DNA of 64,000 nucleotides, from NCBI GenBank assembly GCA_937625935.1, contig OW569352.1:186001-250000 (forward strand), given 5' to 3'. The stretch is from Tetramitus jugosus (taxonomy: Eukaryota; Protista; Heterolobosea). The translations under genes and the position numbers were made by a program. Numbering within the stretch: position 1 is the first letter of the stretch; the number at the start of each line of letters is the position of its first letter. The notes beneath the pieces are model-generated. The model saw nothing but the letters and a program-made list of their open reading frames with translations. It searched no databases and was not told where the DNA came from. Of the stretch, positions 11,025-20,947 are shown piece by piece.

Positions 11025-12095
11025 ATGATTCTGACAGTGATTGGTACCATTATTGCAATCCTTATTGGATTTGCTATCATTATGAAGCTGACTCTGAACC
11101 TTGGCAAGGGACCAGTGGCCGACAAGACCGCACAAGACTACAACAAGGAGTTTGACTTTAAGAACACGACTGATGAGACTAGAATTGAAAATTCATGGGA
11201 CAACACTGACAAGTACTATGACTTGGTCACTGATTTTTACATGTGGGGATGGGGCAACAGTTTCCACTTTGCTCCTCGTGCCAGAACAGAGTCTTTGGAA
11301 GAGTCTGTCGCTCGTCACGAGTACTATCTCAGCAATAGACTTTCATTGAAGCCTGGAATGAAGGTTCTTGATTTGGGATGCGGTATCGGTGGTCCAATGC
11401 AAAACATTGCAAGATTCAGTGGTGCTGAGATTACTGGTGTCAACAACCATGCTTATCAAGTCAAGGTTGGTACTGATTCACTCAAGAAAAACGGAATGGA
11501 CAAGTTGTGCAACTTTTTGAAGAGCAATTTCATGAAGGTGGACAGACCAGACAACTCTTATGATGCTGCTTATGCCATTGAAGCCACTTGCCATGCAGGT
11601 GACCGTGTGGGATGCTACTCTGAAATTTTGAGAATGTTGAAGCCTGGTTCAAAGTTTGCTGCCTACGAGTGGTGCAGCACTGACAAGTATGATCCAAAGA
11701 ATGCAGATCACGTTGAGTCTTTGCAAAACATTATCAAGGGTGACGGTCTTCCATGCATCTTGACCACTCACGAAGTTGTTCAAGCAATGAAGGACGCTGG
11801 ATTCATCAATGTTGAATTTGTTGATTTGGCACCAGTGAATCGCGAAAATCCAATTCCATGGTATCAACCATTTGTTGGTATTTCTTTCAGAAGCTTGCGT
11901 TCTTTGGCTCAATCCTATTTGGGTGCATTGATCTGCCACAAATTCTTGACTGGTTTGGAGTTGATCAAGGCTATTCCAGAGGGATCTGTCAAGTCTTATG
12001 AAGTGTTGATTGAGGCATCCAAGGGACTCAAGTACGGTGGAGAACAAGAAATCTTCACTCCTTGCTTCTTGATTGTTGGTACTAAACCAGAGTAA
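11025..12095 (+). CDS. SMT1: Sterol C-methyltransferase (SMT/ERG6 family), N-terminal membrane anchor
   Basis: YYDLVTDFYMWGWGNSFHFA (region I), VLDLGCGIGGP (SAM binding), YAIEATCHA, YEW, and SMT C-terminal GGEQEIFTP. Confidence 0.92.
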   Translation: MILTVIGTIIAILIGFAIIMKLTLNLGKGPVADKTAQDYNKEFDFKNTTDETRIENSWDNTDKYYDLVTDFYMWGWGNSFHFAPRARTESLEESVARHEYYLSNRLSLKPGMKVLDLGCGIGGPMQNIARFSGAEITGVNNHAYQVKVGTDSLKKNGMDKLCNFLKSNFMKVDRPDNSYDAAYAIEATCHAGDRVGCYSEILRMLKPGSKFAAYEWCSTDKYDPKNADHVESLQNIIKGDGLPCILTTHEVVQAMKDAGFINVEFVDLAPVNRENPIPWYQPFVGISFRSLRSLAQSYLGALICHKFLTGLELIKAIPEGSVKSYEVLIEASKGLKYGGEQEIFTPCFLIVGTKPE

Positions 12096-12199
12096 AACAA
12101 GACGTGTATTCTGTCTGACACATGTGCATACTCGCACATACTAAAAGCAAATTCTAATATATTATACTATCAAAATGTCTGAGAGTTTATTGTTTCGCA

Positions 12200-13261
12200 C
12201 TAGTTCTCTACTTGTTCTTCTTGTGCTTGTTCATCTTCGTCGAATTCTTCAGTCTCCAGCGATTCGTCACCATTTTCCATGGCAACGATCTCTGCCTTCC
12301 ATTCACATGCCAGATTCTCTAACAATTGATAGTATTGATAATTTTGGTCATAAGTCATGTCGAACCAGAAGTTGACTGCGATGACTCGCCCAGATTCATC
12401 ATTCTGTTGTTCCACCTGATGATACCACAAGCTTGGAAGATACAACACATCACCAGGTTCCAACACAACTTTCATCACATACAAATGTTCCATATTGAAA
12501 TCATAGGCCTGTCGAAGGTCCATCTTGACCCATGGAACTTTCATTGACATGTCTGCTTCTTCTTCTTCTTCTTCTTCCTCTTTGTTTCTTGGTTCAATCT
12601 TCCACTCATTGTTCTCATCTCTCGTGAACTGCGCTGACTCATAGAGTTGAATGTCCAAGTGTGTCACAGCAGCCGGTGGCAGTATATAAAATATTTTACG
12701 ACCACATATCTGAGCATACAAGTTCTCATAATGATCCTTGTGAGCACTCGAGACACTCTCTTCTGTTCCGATCCAGATATTCGCAGCGTCCACTTCGGTT
12801 CGAAACGCTCGACTCAAACTATCCAAACTAGAGGGATCGATATCTTGTTTCAGAGCACTGAACTCTAGATCAAAATTTCCATTTTGCTGTTGTATGTACA
12901 GCACTTCATCTCTGTCGTCATCTTCCCTCAACTTTGCAAAAAAATCAGAGAGCTTCATTTGAGTGACCAGCGGCTCTACAAAGTATCGATTGTGATACAC
13001 GGCATCTACTTTACCAAAGGGAGATGAAGCAACACTAACTTCACTGTCTCCCATTGTTTCTACCAGATATTCGTTACTCTTCCACTTTTCTAAGGCCGGC
13101 CAATTGGAAATGGCATTTTTAATGACCAGAGGACGATTTTGCTTCACATAATCCGCGAGAAATGACAGGGAGTCAATGTCAACCATGTCCACACATTTGC
13201 AGTGCGTTCCATAGAAATCTCTATTCTGTTTCTGAAGTAGCTCAAAACACTGTTTCTGCAT
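12200..13261 (-). CDS. JMJD7: JmjC/cupin-8 2OG-Fe(II) hydroxylase, JMJD7-like
   Basis: NRPLVI..WPALEKW, YIQQQN, NIWIG, HKDHYENLY (HxD), LYLPSLWYHQV, AVNFWFDM. Confidence 0.88.
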   Translation of the reverse strand: MQKQCFELLQKQNRDFYGTHCKCVDMVDIDSLSFLADYVKQNRPLVIKNAISNWPALEKWKSNEYLVETMGDSEVSVASSPFGKVDAVYHNRYFVEPLVTQMKLSDFFAKLREDDDRDEVLYIQQQNGNFDLEFSALKQDIDPSSLDSLSRAFRTEVDAANIWIGTEESVSSAHKDHYENLYAQICGRKIFYILPPAAVTHLDIQLYESAQFTRDENNEWKIEPRNKEEEEEEEEADMSMKVPWVKMDLRQAYDFNMEHLYVMKVVLEPGDVLYLPSLWYHQVEQQNDESGRVIAVNFWFDMTYDQNYQYYQLLENLACEWKAEIVAMENGDESLETEEFDEDEQAQEEQVEN

Positions 13262-13478
13262 GATTCTTTTTGTTTCACTTTACTTTTTCTCCGTTGTCGG
13301 AGTTCAGATCTTTCTCCGATGTGCGGCAACTCAATTTAGTTCATTGGGCAATTGAGCAGGGTTGTTTTGGGTCAACAGTTGTGTCTCCTCGTGATTTGGA
13401 ATGATCTCGAGATAATTATCTGATTTCTTTCCACCCATCAGACAAAGTTCTCACCAGAATCATTATTTCTGACAACCA

Positions 13479-14603
13479 ATGCTTTCTGTACTTCGTCTCA
13501 TTGTATTTGTATTTATTGTAATTGTTATTGGTCACTGGGGTGCTTTTACATGGGCAAGCAACTATGATCCGCACAAGATTCCCATGTATGGCGTTTACTT
13601 CGAAGGATGGTCCACTCGAGTGGTCAATACAGATGGTTCCTCCGTGGGTTACATGGTAGGTTCATTCTGCTCGACAGAAGACAGATGTTCTCATGGAGGT
13701 AACATTCCAGGATATGTGGCCATTATGTATCAAGGGCCTGGTGAGAGTCATCCCATAATAACCAGTGAAGCATATGTAAAGCACTCCAACATCACTGTTC
13801 GAAACGGACAACGAGTAACAAAGGATCCAGATTTCTCTTCTGAACCTGATTTTCTCTGGACATCTGAACTAGGTCTCATTTCTCATGATTCTGCCTCACT
13901 ATTTGTTAGAGACTACAGATTAGAGTTGACAATGTCTGAGCCAGAGTATTGGAATCCAGAGAATCCAGGCGAAGGACCAGGAGGCTTCACTGATTTATTT
14001 CCATTACCCTATCATTGGTTCGTATATAGTCTGGCATCCGAGGCAGAATATGCCTTTATCGATGTAAAATCCAAGAAAATTCTATCCAGTGGAGTAGGGT
14101 ATGCTCATCAAGAGAAGAGTTGGGGATATGCGTTCCCAAGTAGTTGGGTTTGGAGTGAGGGAATGGCCGAAGAAAGCTCGTCATTGGAGTTAACTGATCC
14201 TTCAAAGTTTGTTCTTTCTGGAGGTAGTTTCTCTCTGGGACCAATAGAGGTGGCCACATGGTTCGTGGGTTATCGTTCCAAGAAGCTACAGTGGGACTTC
14301 AAGCCACAAAGTTTGGCAATGACCCTTCCAGATGTTGACTCCTGTCGTGGAGAATTCCGCATCACCATAATGGAGTTGAATCGAAAATTGATTGTCAGGG
14401 CCATGGCTCCAACAAGCTCATTCTCTGACTTATCGAGACCAACAAGGACAGGATTCACTCCCAACAACAGCATGTTGTCATACTCGGCACACGTGGTTGT
14501 TGAAGCGTACATCAGTGGAGTTCTAGTCGAGAAACAGATATTCCGAAGTTCAGCATTGGAGTTTGGAGGTGAATTCAAGTGTGGTCACAAAAAATTGTAT
14601 TGA
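13479..14603 (+). CDS. Tocopherol cyclase (VTE1)-like protein with signal peptide
   Basis: YFEGW, PYHWFV, YAHQEKSWGYAFPSSWVW and ALEFGG match tocopherol-cyclase family motifs (FFEGW, EKNWG.FP..W.W, LE.GG); hydrophobic N-terminus. Confidence 0.72.
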   Translation: MLSVLRLIVFVFIVIVIGHWGAFTWASNYDPHKIPMYGVYFEGWSTRVVNTDGSSVGYMVGSFCSTEDRCSHGGNIPGYVAIMYQGPGESHPIITSEAYVKHSNITVRNGQRVTKDPDFSSEPDFLWTSELGLISHDSASLFVRDYRLELTMSEPEYWNPENPGEGPGGFTDLFPLPYHWFVYSLASEAEYAFIDVKSKKILSSGVGYAHQEKSWGYAFPSSWVWSEGMAEESSSLELTDPSKFVLSGGSFSLGPIEVATWFVGYRSKKLQWDFKPQSLAMTLPDVDSCRGEFRITIMELNRKLIVRAMAPTSSFSDLSRPTRTGFTPNNSMLSYSAHVVVEAYISGVLVEKQIFRSSALEFGGEFKCGHKKLY

Positions 14604-14729
14604 AAACTCCTTCAAATCTTTTTTTACCAATTGGCATTTATCCGACCTATTTACTGCGAGTCAATTAATTCATCTAAATATTCTCATTGCACGAGTTGAC
14701 CTCCAATCCCTTTTATAAACAATAATTGA

Positions 14730-15392
14730 ATGTCATACCATAAACAACAACACAACATAGCGAAAACAATGATCAAGAAACCAAGGAGTACCATTACCGC
14801 CCAAAAACCCATTATTCGAAGAGAAGAAGTCGAGGTGCCCGAAACGAGTGTAGCTAGCGACCCACAAGCCTTTGTCGCAAAGAAATTGCAGAGAGGCAAG
14901 TCATACTACAAGACTACTGTATTTGTCACAGGTCTCCTGTTTCTCTTCAACTTTGTCCTATTGTACTTTGGAACAATCTATGGAGAAGAGAGAGTGAATG
15001 TGAGCAAGTTTTACGGGTTCAAGGAGGGAAAGCAAGAACATTTACAAAGAACCAATGGAGTATTCTGTCTCATCATGTTCTTCGTTAATATGATGCCATT
15101 GTTGAAGGATGAGGAACATGGTAAGAATTCCATGTTGGCCTTCAGTGCTCTTTGCAACATCATCGTAATTGCACACTACATTTTGGAGACTCTTTACTTT
15201 GTGGGTATGAGACTCGAAGTGATCTCTATTCAAGGATTCGTCTTGGCAATGAACCTCTATTGGTCAATCGTTGACTACCACCAAAGAAGGAAGGTTAAAG
15301 CATTGAAGGGAGAGGACCCAGAAGCCGCCCACGAAGATGTCTCTCTTCGACAAAAATTGGAAGAGAAGAAGGCAACGACTAGTATTGCTTAA
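14730..15392 (+). CDS. ERG28: ERG28-like four-TM ER protein
   Basis: LQRTNGVFCLIM, IAHYILETLYF and VLAMNLYWSI align by eye with ERG28 motifs (RTFGxWT, HFxxExLxF, SLxWM). Divergent. Confidence 0.55.
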   Translation: MSYHKQQHNIAKTMIKKPRSTITAQKPIIRREEVEVPETSVASDPQAFVAKKLQRGKSYYKTTVFVTGLLFLFNFVLLYFGTIYGEERVNVSKFYGFKEGKQEHLQRTNGVFCLIMFFVNMMPLLKDEEHGKNSMLAFSALCNIIVIAHYILETLYFVGMRLEVISIQGFVLAMNLYWSIVDYHQRRKVKALKGEDPEAAHEDVSLRQKLEEKKATTSIA

Positions 15393-15435
15393 AATGACAA
15401 ATAAATGGTTGTTTTATGAACCGTTAGATCCTATG

Positions 15436-16149
15436 TTACTTCTTCACTAGCTTGGCTGATTTCCACGTCCGAGACCAGTCTTCATCGGTTTGAATGTGAC
15501 CCTTGCGAACAAATTTTGCAACACAACGTTCAAAGTCCTTGTTTGCGAAGCCATGAACTGTTCGTATCACAAACCCCTCTGCTCCATCTCTACCTCCCAC
15601 TGCACTACTCCTCTTTCTCATTTCCTTCTCCATCCAGTCCTTGATTTGTTGAACCGAGGAAAATGTTCCCTTAAACAGAACGGGAACAGTAGGAACACCA
15701 ATCTGGTCAGCATACTCTTCAACTTGTTCCCAACTCCACCATCTTCCATCCTCAGTGCTGTCCGATGATGCTTCACCATTGTTGTTGTTTGAATAATCCA
15801 TGACACCAAACATGTAAAAGAAGCTCTCTAGTGCGTCATACTCGATCGAATGAATACCAAACATGTTCTCTCCAAAGATGGCAATCTCATCCGGCACCAT
15901 GTAACTAAATTGACTGTACAGTTGCTTTATGGCAGAAAAACTCTTGTGAGTGGCTTCTTTGCTCGTTGTTCTCGCGTAGACTTTTCCTTGAAACAATTGA
16001 CAATTGCCTCCATCCACCTTTTCTGTGATGATGACTTCTTGATTCACAAACTGAGAACAGTGGTGCTCGTTGAGTGAGATGTCGTCGTCTTTGACTTCGG
16101 GACTGAATGGTAAGTGGGGTGTTTTTGGGTACTTTTGAGGCGTTAACAT
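15436..16149 (-). CDS. ATP-dependent RNA ligase family nucleotidyltransferase (bacterial/phage-type, stand-alone)
   Basis: KYPKTPHLPFS; motif I ITEKVDGGN; III IFGEN; IIIa FYMFG; IV EGFVIR; V AKFVR; intronless. Confidence 0.88.
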   Translation of the reverse strand: MLTPQKYPKTPHLPFSPEVKDDDISLNEHHCSQFVNQEVIITEKVDGGNCQLFQGKVYARTTSKEATHKSFSAIKQLYSQFSYMVPDEIAIFGENMFGIHSIEYDALESFFYMFGVMDYSNNNNGEASSDSTEDGRWWSWEQVEEYADQIGVPTVPVLFKGTFSSVQQIKDWMEKEMRKRSSAVGGRDGAEGFVIRTVHGFANKDFERCVAKFVRKGHIQTDEDWSRTWKSAKLVKK

Positions 16150-16394
16150 TCTTTATCGTGTTGTGATATATTTGATTCAATGATTGAGTGGTTTGTTTGT
16201 CTGATTGTTGTTGGGATTGATTGGTCGCTGCTATCGATTTATTCACATGAGTGATGAACTCTATCAGACGAACTTCAAGTTGGGAATTGTGAATTTTTGC
16301 ATTTGTTCGTGAGACCAAGAAGCAGAACAAGAACTTCATGAGGAATGCTTTGACACTGATGTCGTAAATATTTACTGTTTTTCCTTGATCTAAA

Positions 16395-17200
16395 TTACTG
16401 CAATTGATCCAGCTGTGCTTGTATGGTTTCCAAGTTTTGGAAGAAATAGTACAGTTCATCTTGAGAGAATTCAACCACGAGTGATTCATCCTGGGCATCT
16501 GAATAAAATGAATCATTCTTCAGGTTGAATTGGAAGAGACAGTTTGGTGCTTTGAGCTTTGACAGATTCTGTTCACTCATGTGCAACTAATTAACATCAC
16601 AATCAAGAAAGATAAAGTTAGAGACTGGTTTCAATTGTGAAAAGATTTGTGTTAGTTTTTTCTTCTTCTTACCTGTAAACGATGAGAAAAGCTTGTGAGA
16701 ACTTGAGGTGCCATATCACGATCCTTTGCTCTCTTGACCATGTCTCTGCCCTCCTGTTCCCAAACAGTTTTGAATATATTGGCTACATTTTCAGTCATCT
16801 ATAGATGTTTCAAGCAACAAAAATAATATTCTCGTTAGATAAGCTGATCCAAAATACAATTCAGCGCTGTAGAACATAAACGATTTGGCGCCAAAAAAAC
16901 GCATGCAGCGCCCAAAAAACAACATACACCCATTTCGATCAGCCCGTGGTTCAATTTCTCTGGATTTAACGTCGAATAAAGTGCCTTTTCCAAAATATAT
17001 TTCACACCACTCGTCACATTCTCACCAAACGATGACAAAAATTCAGTTTCTTGTGCACTGATTTCAGGGGATGAGCCAGTGGTGAGCAAAGACGATGTAA
17101 CAATGAGTTGTAGTAAATGATACAATTGCTTCAGCTCCAATTCATTAATCAGAGCAATCGATTGAGATAGTTTTTCGGTCCTCTTGAAAATGTTGCTCAT
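16395..17200 (-). CDS. COMMD10: COMM domain protein 10; exons 17200-16928, 16798-16673, 16586-16395
   Basis: Two phase-0 GT-AG introns (16799-16927, 16587-16672) give a continuous protein ending VVEFSQDELYYFFQNLETIQAQLDQLQ, matching COMMD10. Confidence 0.9.
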
Positions 17201-17330
17201 CTCTCTTCTTTGCTGTGTTATCACTTTTTCTTCTTCTTTCTTGCTATTACTCCGTTCCAAGGTGGAGTATTTCGAACGCGGTATTACTAACAAAAATAGA
17301 GCATCAAAGAACACAACTGAAAAACAACAC

Positions 17331-18785
17331 ATGATGGATGATTTTGATGATTTTTTGAATGAACGTCTCGAGAGTGATGAAGAACGAGAGGATAATGAGC
17401 AAGAAGAAGAGCTTGTGAAACCGTCCACTGTCCCTCCACCAACAACAACAACAACAACAACACTACCACCATCATCATCATCAGTCGCAGAAAAAACATT
17501 GGACAATGTTTCAATTGTCGTCAATGGTCATATCGAGAAGAATGAAAAGAAGGATACTGCGACTCCTACTCCAATCAAAACAACAGAATCATCATCCATT
17601 TCAAATTCTGTCGCAGAAAAGCACAATCAACCATTGGTTGTCCCTGATCAATCAACCAATCAGAAACAACAACAACGACAACAACAATCGGATCAGAAGA
17701 ATAACAAAACAAAAGAAGAAGCAATAAATACGGAGATCAAGAATGAAAAACAAGTGGAAACAACAAAAAAGGAGAGCCAACATCATCCATCTTCAATCAA
17801 ATCAGAGGATGAAGTCGATTTGGATACATTGTTGAATGAAGCCGAAAGGGAAGACATTAATTTTTCAAAGCAGCAGAATCAGGAAGTGATTTTGCAGTTT
17901 TGGAGTCATACCATTGTACAATCGGATGCATCTGATGCTGATTCTAATAGCGACAGTGTTGAGAAGAGAGAAGAGAGTGAATTGAATGAAAAAATTAACA
18001 AGTTTCTGGTGCCAAACGTAGCTCCCACCAAACCACCAAAGAAGAGCTCTCCTACAGAGAGAAGCAAACCGTTGATCAATGCATCACCAACTCTCTCTGA
18101 TAGCAATGTGTCTGAACAGAGTGAAGATGCATCGACTACTACCACAACTCCGAGTGAACCAGCAGTACTGGACGCTAAGCAACAGCGCGTATTAGAGCGA
18201 CAAAAACAAAGACAACGATTGAAGCAATATTTGACTCAATTGGAGAGTAGCAATGCTTCTCTCACTAAGAAACTGCACATTAGAGATGAACGATTAAATT
18301 TAGCAAAGCAGAGATGGACTCAAGAGAGAACAATTCTACTCGATATGTTAAAGGAGAAGGGTGTTGAAGTCGATGTGACAATTCTTCAAAATTTCTACAA
18401 TATCGATGAGTTGGATCAAATCAACGATGATGATGACAACGCCAACGAGAGCTTGTTTTCATCGATGCCTGCATCCTTGGTCACAGCATCCGAGATGTTG
18501 TCAAGTCTAATTGCCTCCTTTTCAGAGCCTGTACAACAAACAAAAGTCACTGCACAACCGGCTGTAGTTCCTACAAAACCGCAACAACCGACACAAGCTC
18601 AAGCAGCACCAGAGTCTGTTCTCGACTCGTTCAAGGGTTGGATATGGGGTTCACCTGCATCTACGTCGACTCAATCTGAAACTTCACCCAGGCGCAAACA
18701 GGCAGAAATCGACGCTGCGAGAAGAAAGAGAGAGCAAGCCACCAGGAAAAAGCAAACTGTACAACAAGCAAACAACACTCAATAA
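17331..18785 (+). CDS. Hypothetical acidic/low-complexity coiled-coil protein
   Basis: Long ORF; first ATG at 17331 (MMDDFDDFL); coiled-coil segment QRLKQYLTQLESSNASLTKKL. Confidence 0.7.
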   Translation: MMDDFDDFLNERLESDEEREDNEQEEELVKPSTVPPPTTTTTTTLPPSSSSVAEKTLDNVSIVVNGHIEKNEKKDTATPTPIKTTESSSISNSVAEKHNQPLVVPDQSTNQKQQQRQQQSDQKNNKTKEEAINTEIKNEKQVETTKKESQHHPSSIKSEDEVDLDTLLNEAEREDINFSKQQNQEVILQFWSHTIVQSDASDADSNSDSVEKREESELNEKINKFLVPNVAPTKPPKKSSPTERSKPLINASPTLSDSNVSEQSEDASTTTTTPSEPAVLDAKQQRVLERQKQRQRLKQYLTQLESSNASLTKKLHIRDERLNLAKQRWTQERTILLDMLKEKGVEVDVTILQNFYNIDELDQINDDDDNANESLFSSMPASLVTASEMLSSLIASFSEPVQQTKVTAQPAVVPTKPQQPTQAQAAPESVLDSFKGWIWGSPASTSTQSETSPRRKQAEIDAARRKREQATRKKQTVQQANNTQ

Positions 18786-18855
18786 CATTCCACTGCATTC
18801 CTTTCATTCGCTCTATCGGTACGACTTACACAAAAATACATTTATATAATACAAG

Positions 18856-19626
18856 TTACAATTCGCCGTCATTGTTGCTATATTCAATCATTGTCCACGG
18901 TTCATCGCTATCAATCGCTGAATCACAATTTACATCTTCATCGGTTGCATCAGATGGCATTCGATCCCTCCTCGGAAGTGCCTCTTCTGACAACATTCTC
19001 ACTCTGGCCATTTCCCTCTCTTGTTGAATAATGTCCTGTTCTACGAGTGCAATCACCCGATTGTCATTATAAATGTTCGAGTGTTTCTGGGCTGACTGTA
19101 TCCAATCGTTCATTGTGGGAAAATTAGGTGCCACCAATTGAAAGATTCTCGATCCTGTCACAATCTCGAAACAAGGTGACGCAGGATAGTACTCTGAAGA
19201 GACACGAATGAATGCTTCGTCCAGTGGTATGAAATGAATGGCTGCATTCGCGTCTTTTGACTTGTAATAGAACAATTTGTTACCACTGAGCACGAACCAC
19301 CTTTCCTTGAACCTCTTATTTACAACACCCATCTTTTGAAGCTTACCACTCATTTCTGGTATCCATAAATGTTCATAATATCAATCGCACATTGACCATG
19401 ATAACAATAATTCCAATCAATAACCATATGGTCAAGAGAAAGAAAATCGATAATGATTGGTTATGAGTATTTCGTTCTGCTGTGTGCAAAATGGCAATTT
19501 GAATCAACAAAATAAAAAATGCAACAATGTACCATGATTGCGTGTATCAGATGGATTCGGCGATGTCACAGTCTTCTTTCTCACAAACGAATACTTGGCA
19601 CTCAGCCGGTCGCTGTTTATTGACAT
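18856..19626 (-). CDS. Small PH-domain protein; exons 19626-19533, 19355-18856
   Basis: PH motifs GKLQKMG...FKERWFVLSGNKLFYYK...MNDWIQS; phase-1 intron 19356-19532 (GTACAT...CCAG) links an upstream ATG exon. Confidence 0.8.
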
Positions 19627-19781
19627 TTTGTGTTTGTGTGTTCGTTTTCTCCGGTTGCGTATTCCCGACTTCGGGATATTCATGAATGGAACATGAAGAA
19701 AAGTTCGAGGAGATCTTTGCACCAAAAAAACAAGCAAAAAAAAAGCAAAACAACAACGAACAACAAAGCACCATCGACATC

Positions 19782-20707
19782 ATGGCAGACAAATCAACAT
19801 CAGCAGACGCGCGTGTCAACAAGGTTGTCCAATCTGGAAAATGGAATTTATTGAGCTATGAATGTGAGAAGGCTGAGCTCGATGTACGTCAGTCAATATT
19901 CGCTTTTTTTTCATCGTTTTGATTGTTTTTTGAAAATGAAAAAAATCCCCATTGTGATTCTAACACTGGTGTCCTATTCAATACACACACATGTATAGGT
20001 CATGTCTGAGCCATTTGCTAGACCATCTCCCTTCTTCTATTGTTCATTCCTGTTGGCATACATGATTGAAAATGATTTGAACAATGCTCGTTTCTTGTGG
20101 AAGAGAATTCCAGCAGATGTCAAGAGAAACAATCCTATTATCGGTGTTGTTTGGACCATTGGAAAGCACATGTGGCAGAGAGAGTACTCAAAGACGTATA
20201 GTGCAGTGAGTGAAACACAGTGGGACGCTGCATTGTTGCCATTGGTGAACCGATTGACACAGGCTTTCCGTGAAAGAACTGCCACCTTGTTGACAAAGGC
20301 ATACACTAGCATCAGTGCAAGTGATGTCAGCTTGTTCCTCGGGTTGAGCGAACAAGATGCATCTGCATGTATGTAGACGACGCGTCAATCTCTCTTGTTG
20401 TTTGCTCAACTGATGATTGTTTTGCTAACCATGGTGTTTATGTGTTTGTGAATGACTTTTTTGAATGTGTTGTTGTTGTTTTTGTGATGATCATTCTTGT
20501 TGTTGTTGCTGTTGCTGTTATTACGCATCAATGTTGTTGGTATTGATAGATGTGGCACCTTTGCAATGGGCTTTTGATGCCAATACCAAGTTCTTTACTC
20601 CAAACAAGGAATTTATCACTGCTCAACAAGTTCAACAACAGAGATCATCTGGAATTCAAACACTGCAAGGATTGGCTGACAGGACTGTATTCTTGGAATT
20701 GGATTAG
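19782..20707 (+). CDS. COPS8: COP9 signalosome subunit 8; exons 19782-19883, 19999-20368, 20550-20707
   Basis: NDLNNARFLWKRIP, AYTSISASD..FLGL and C-terminal LADRTVFLE; two GT-AG introns keep the frame. Confidence 0.9.
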
Positions 20708-20947
20708 ATTTTTATTGGTGTATGTCCCTTGTTGAAATGTGTATGTGGAGTGTGATTCGCCACTTGTGTGTGAAGCTCACCAAAACACATTTTGTAATTG
20801 TAAAAAAATAAAAATGTATCTCCCTTGCTCGGACTCTTCGTCTTGGAATTGTAGCAGGATGACCAGTGCTTGACTTCTACGACTCTAGTTCTCCGACATG
20901 GTTATCTCCGATTTTCATTCCTTTCCCAAGTATAACAACTACTCAAC

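Noticed and set aside
15905-16516. 203-aa minus ORF bridging COMMD10 and the RNA ligase
   Set aside because: Out of frame with both real genes and runs through low-complexity spacer.
16835-17524. 229-aa ORF as a single gene
   Set aside because: Its upstream part is antisense to the 17331 gene and its end is intron read-through; only COMMD10 exon 1 is real.
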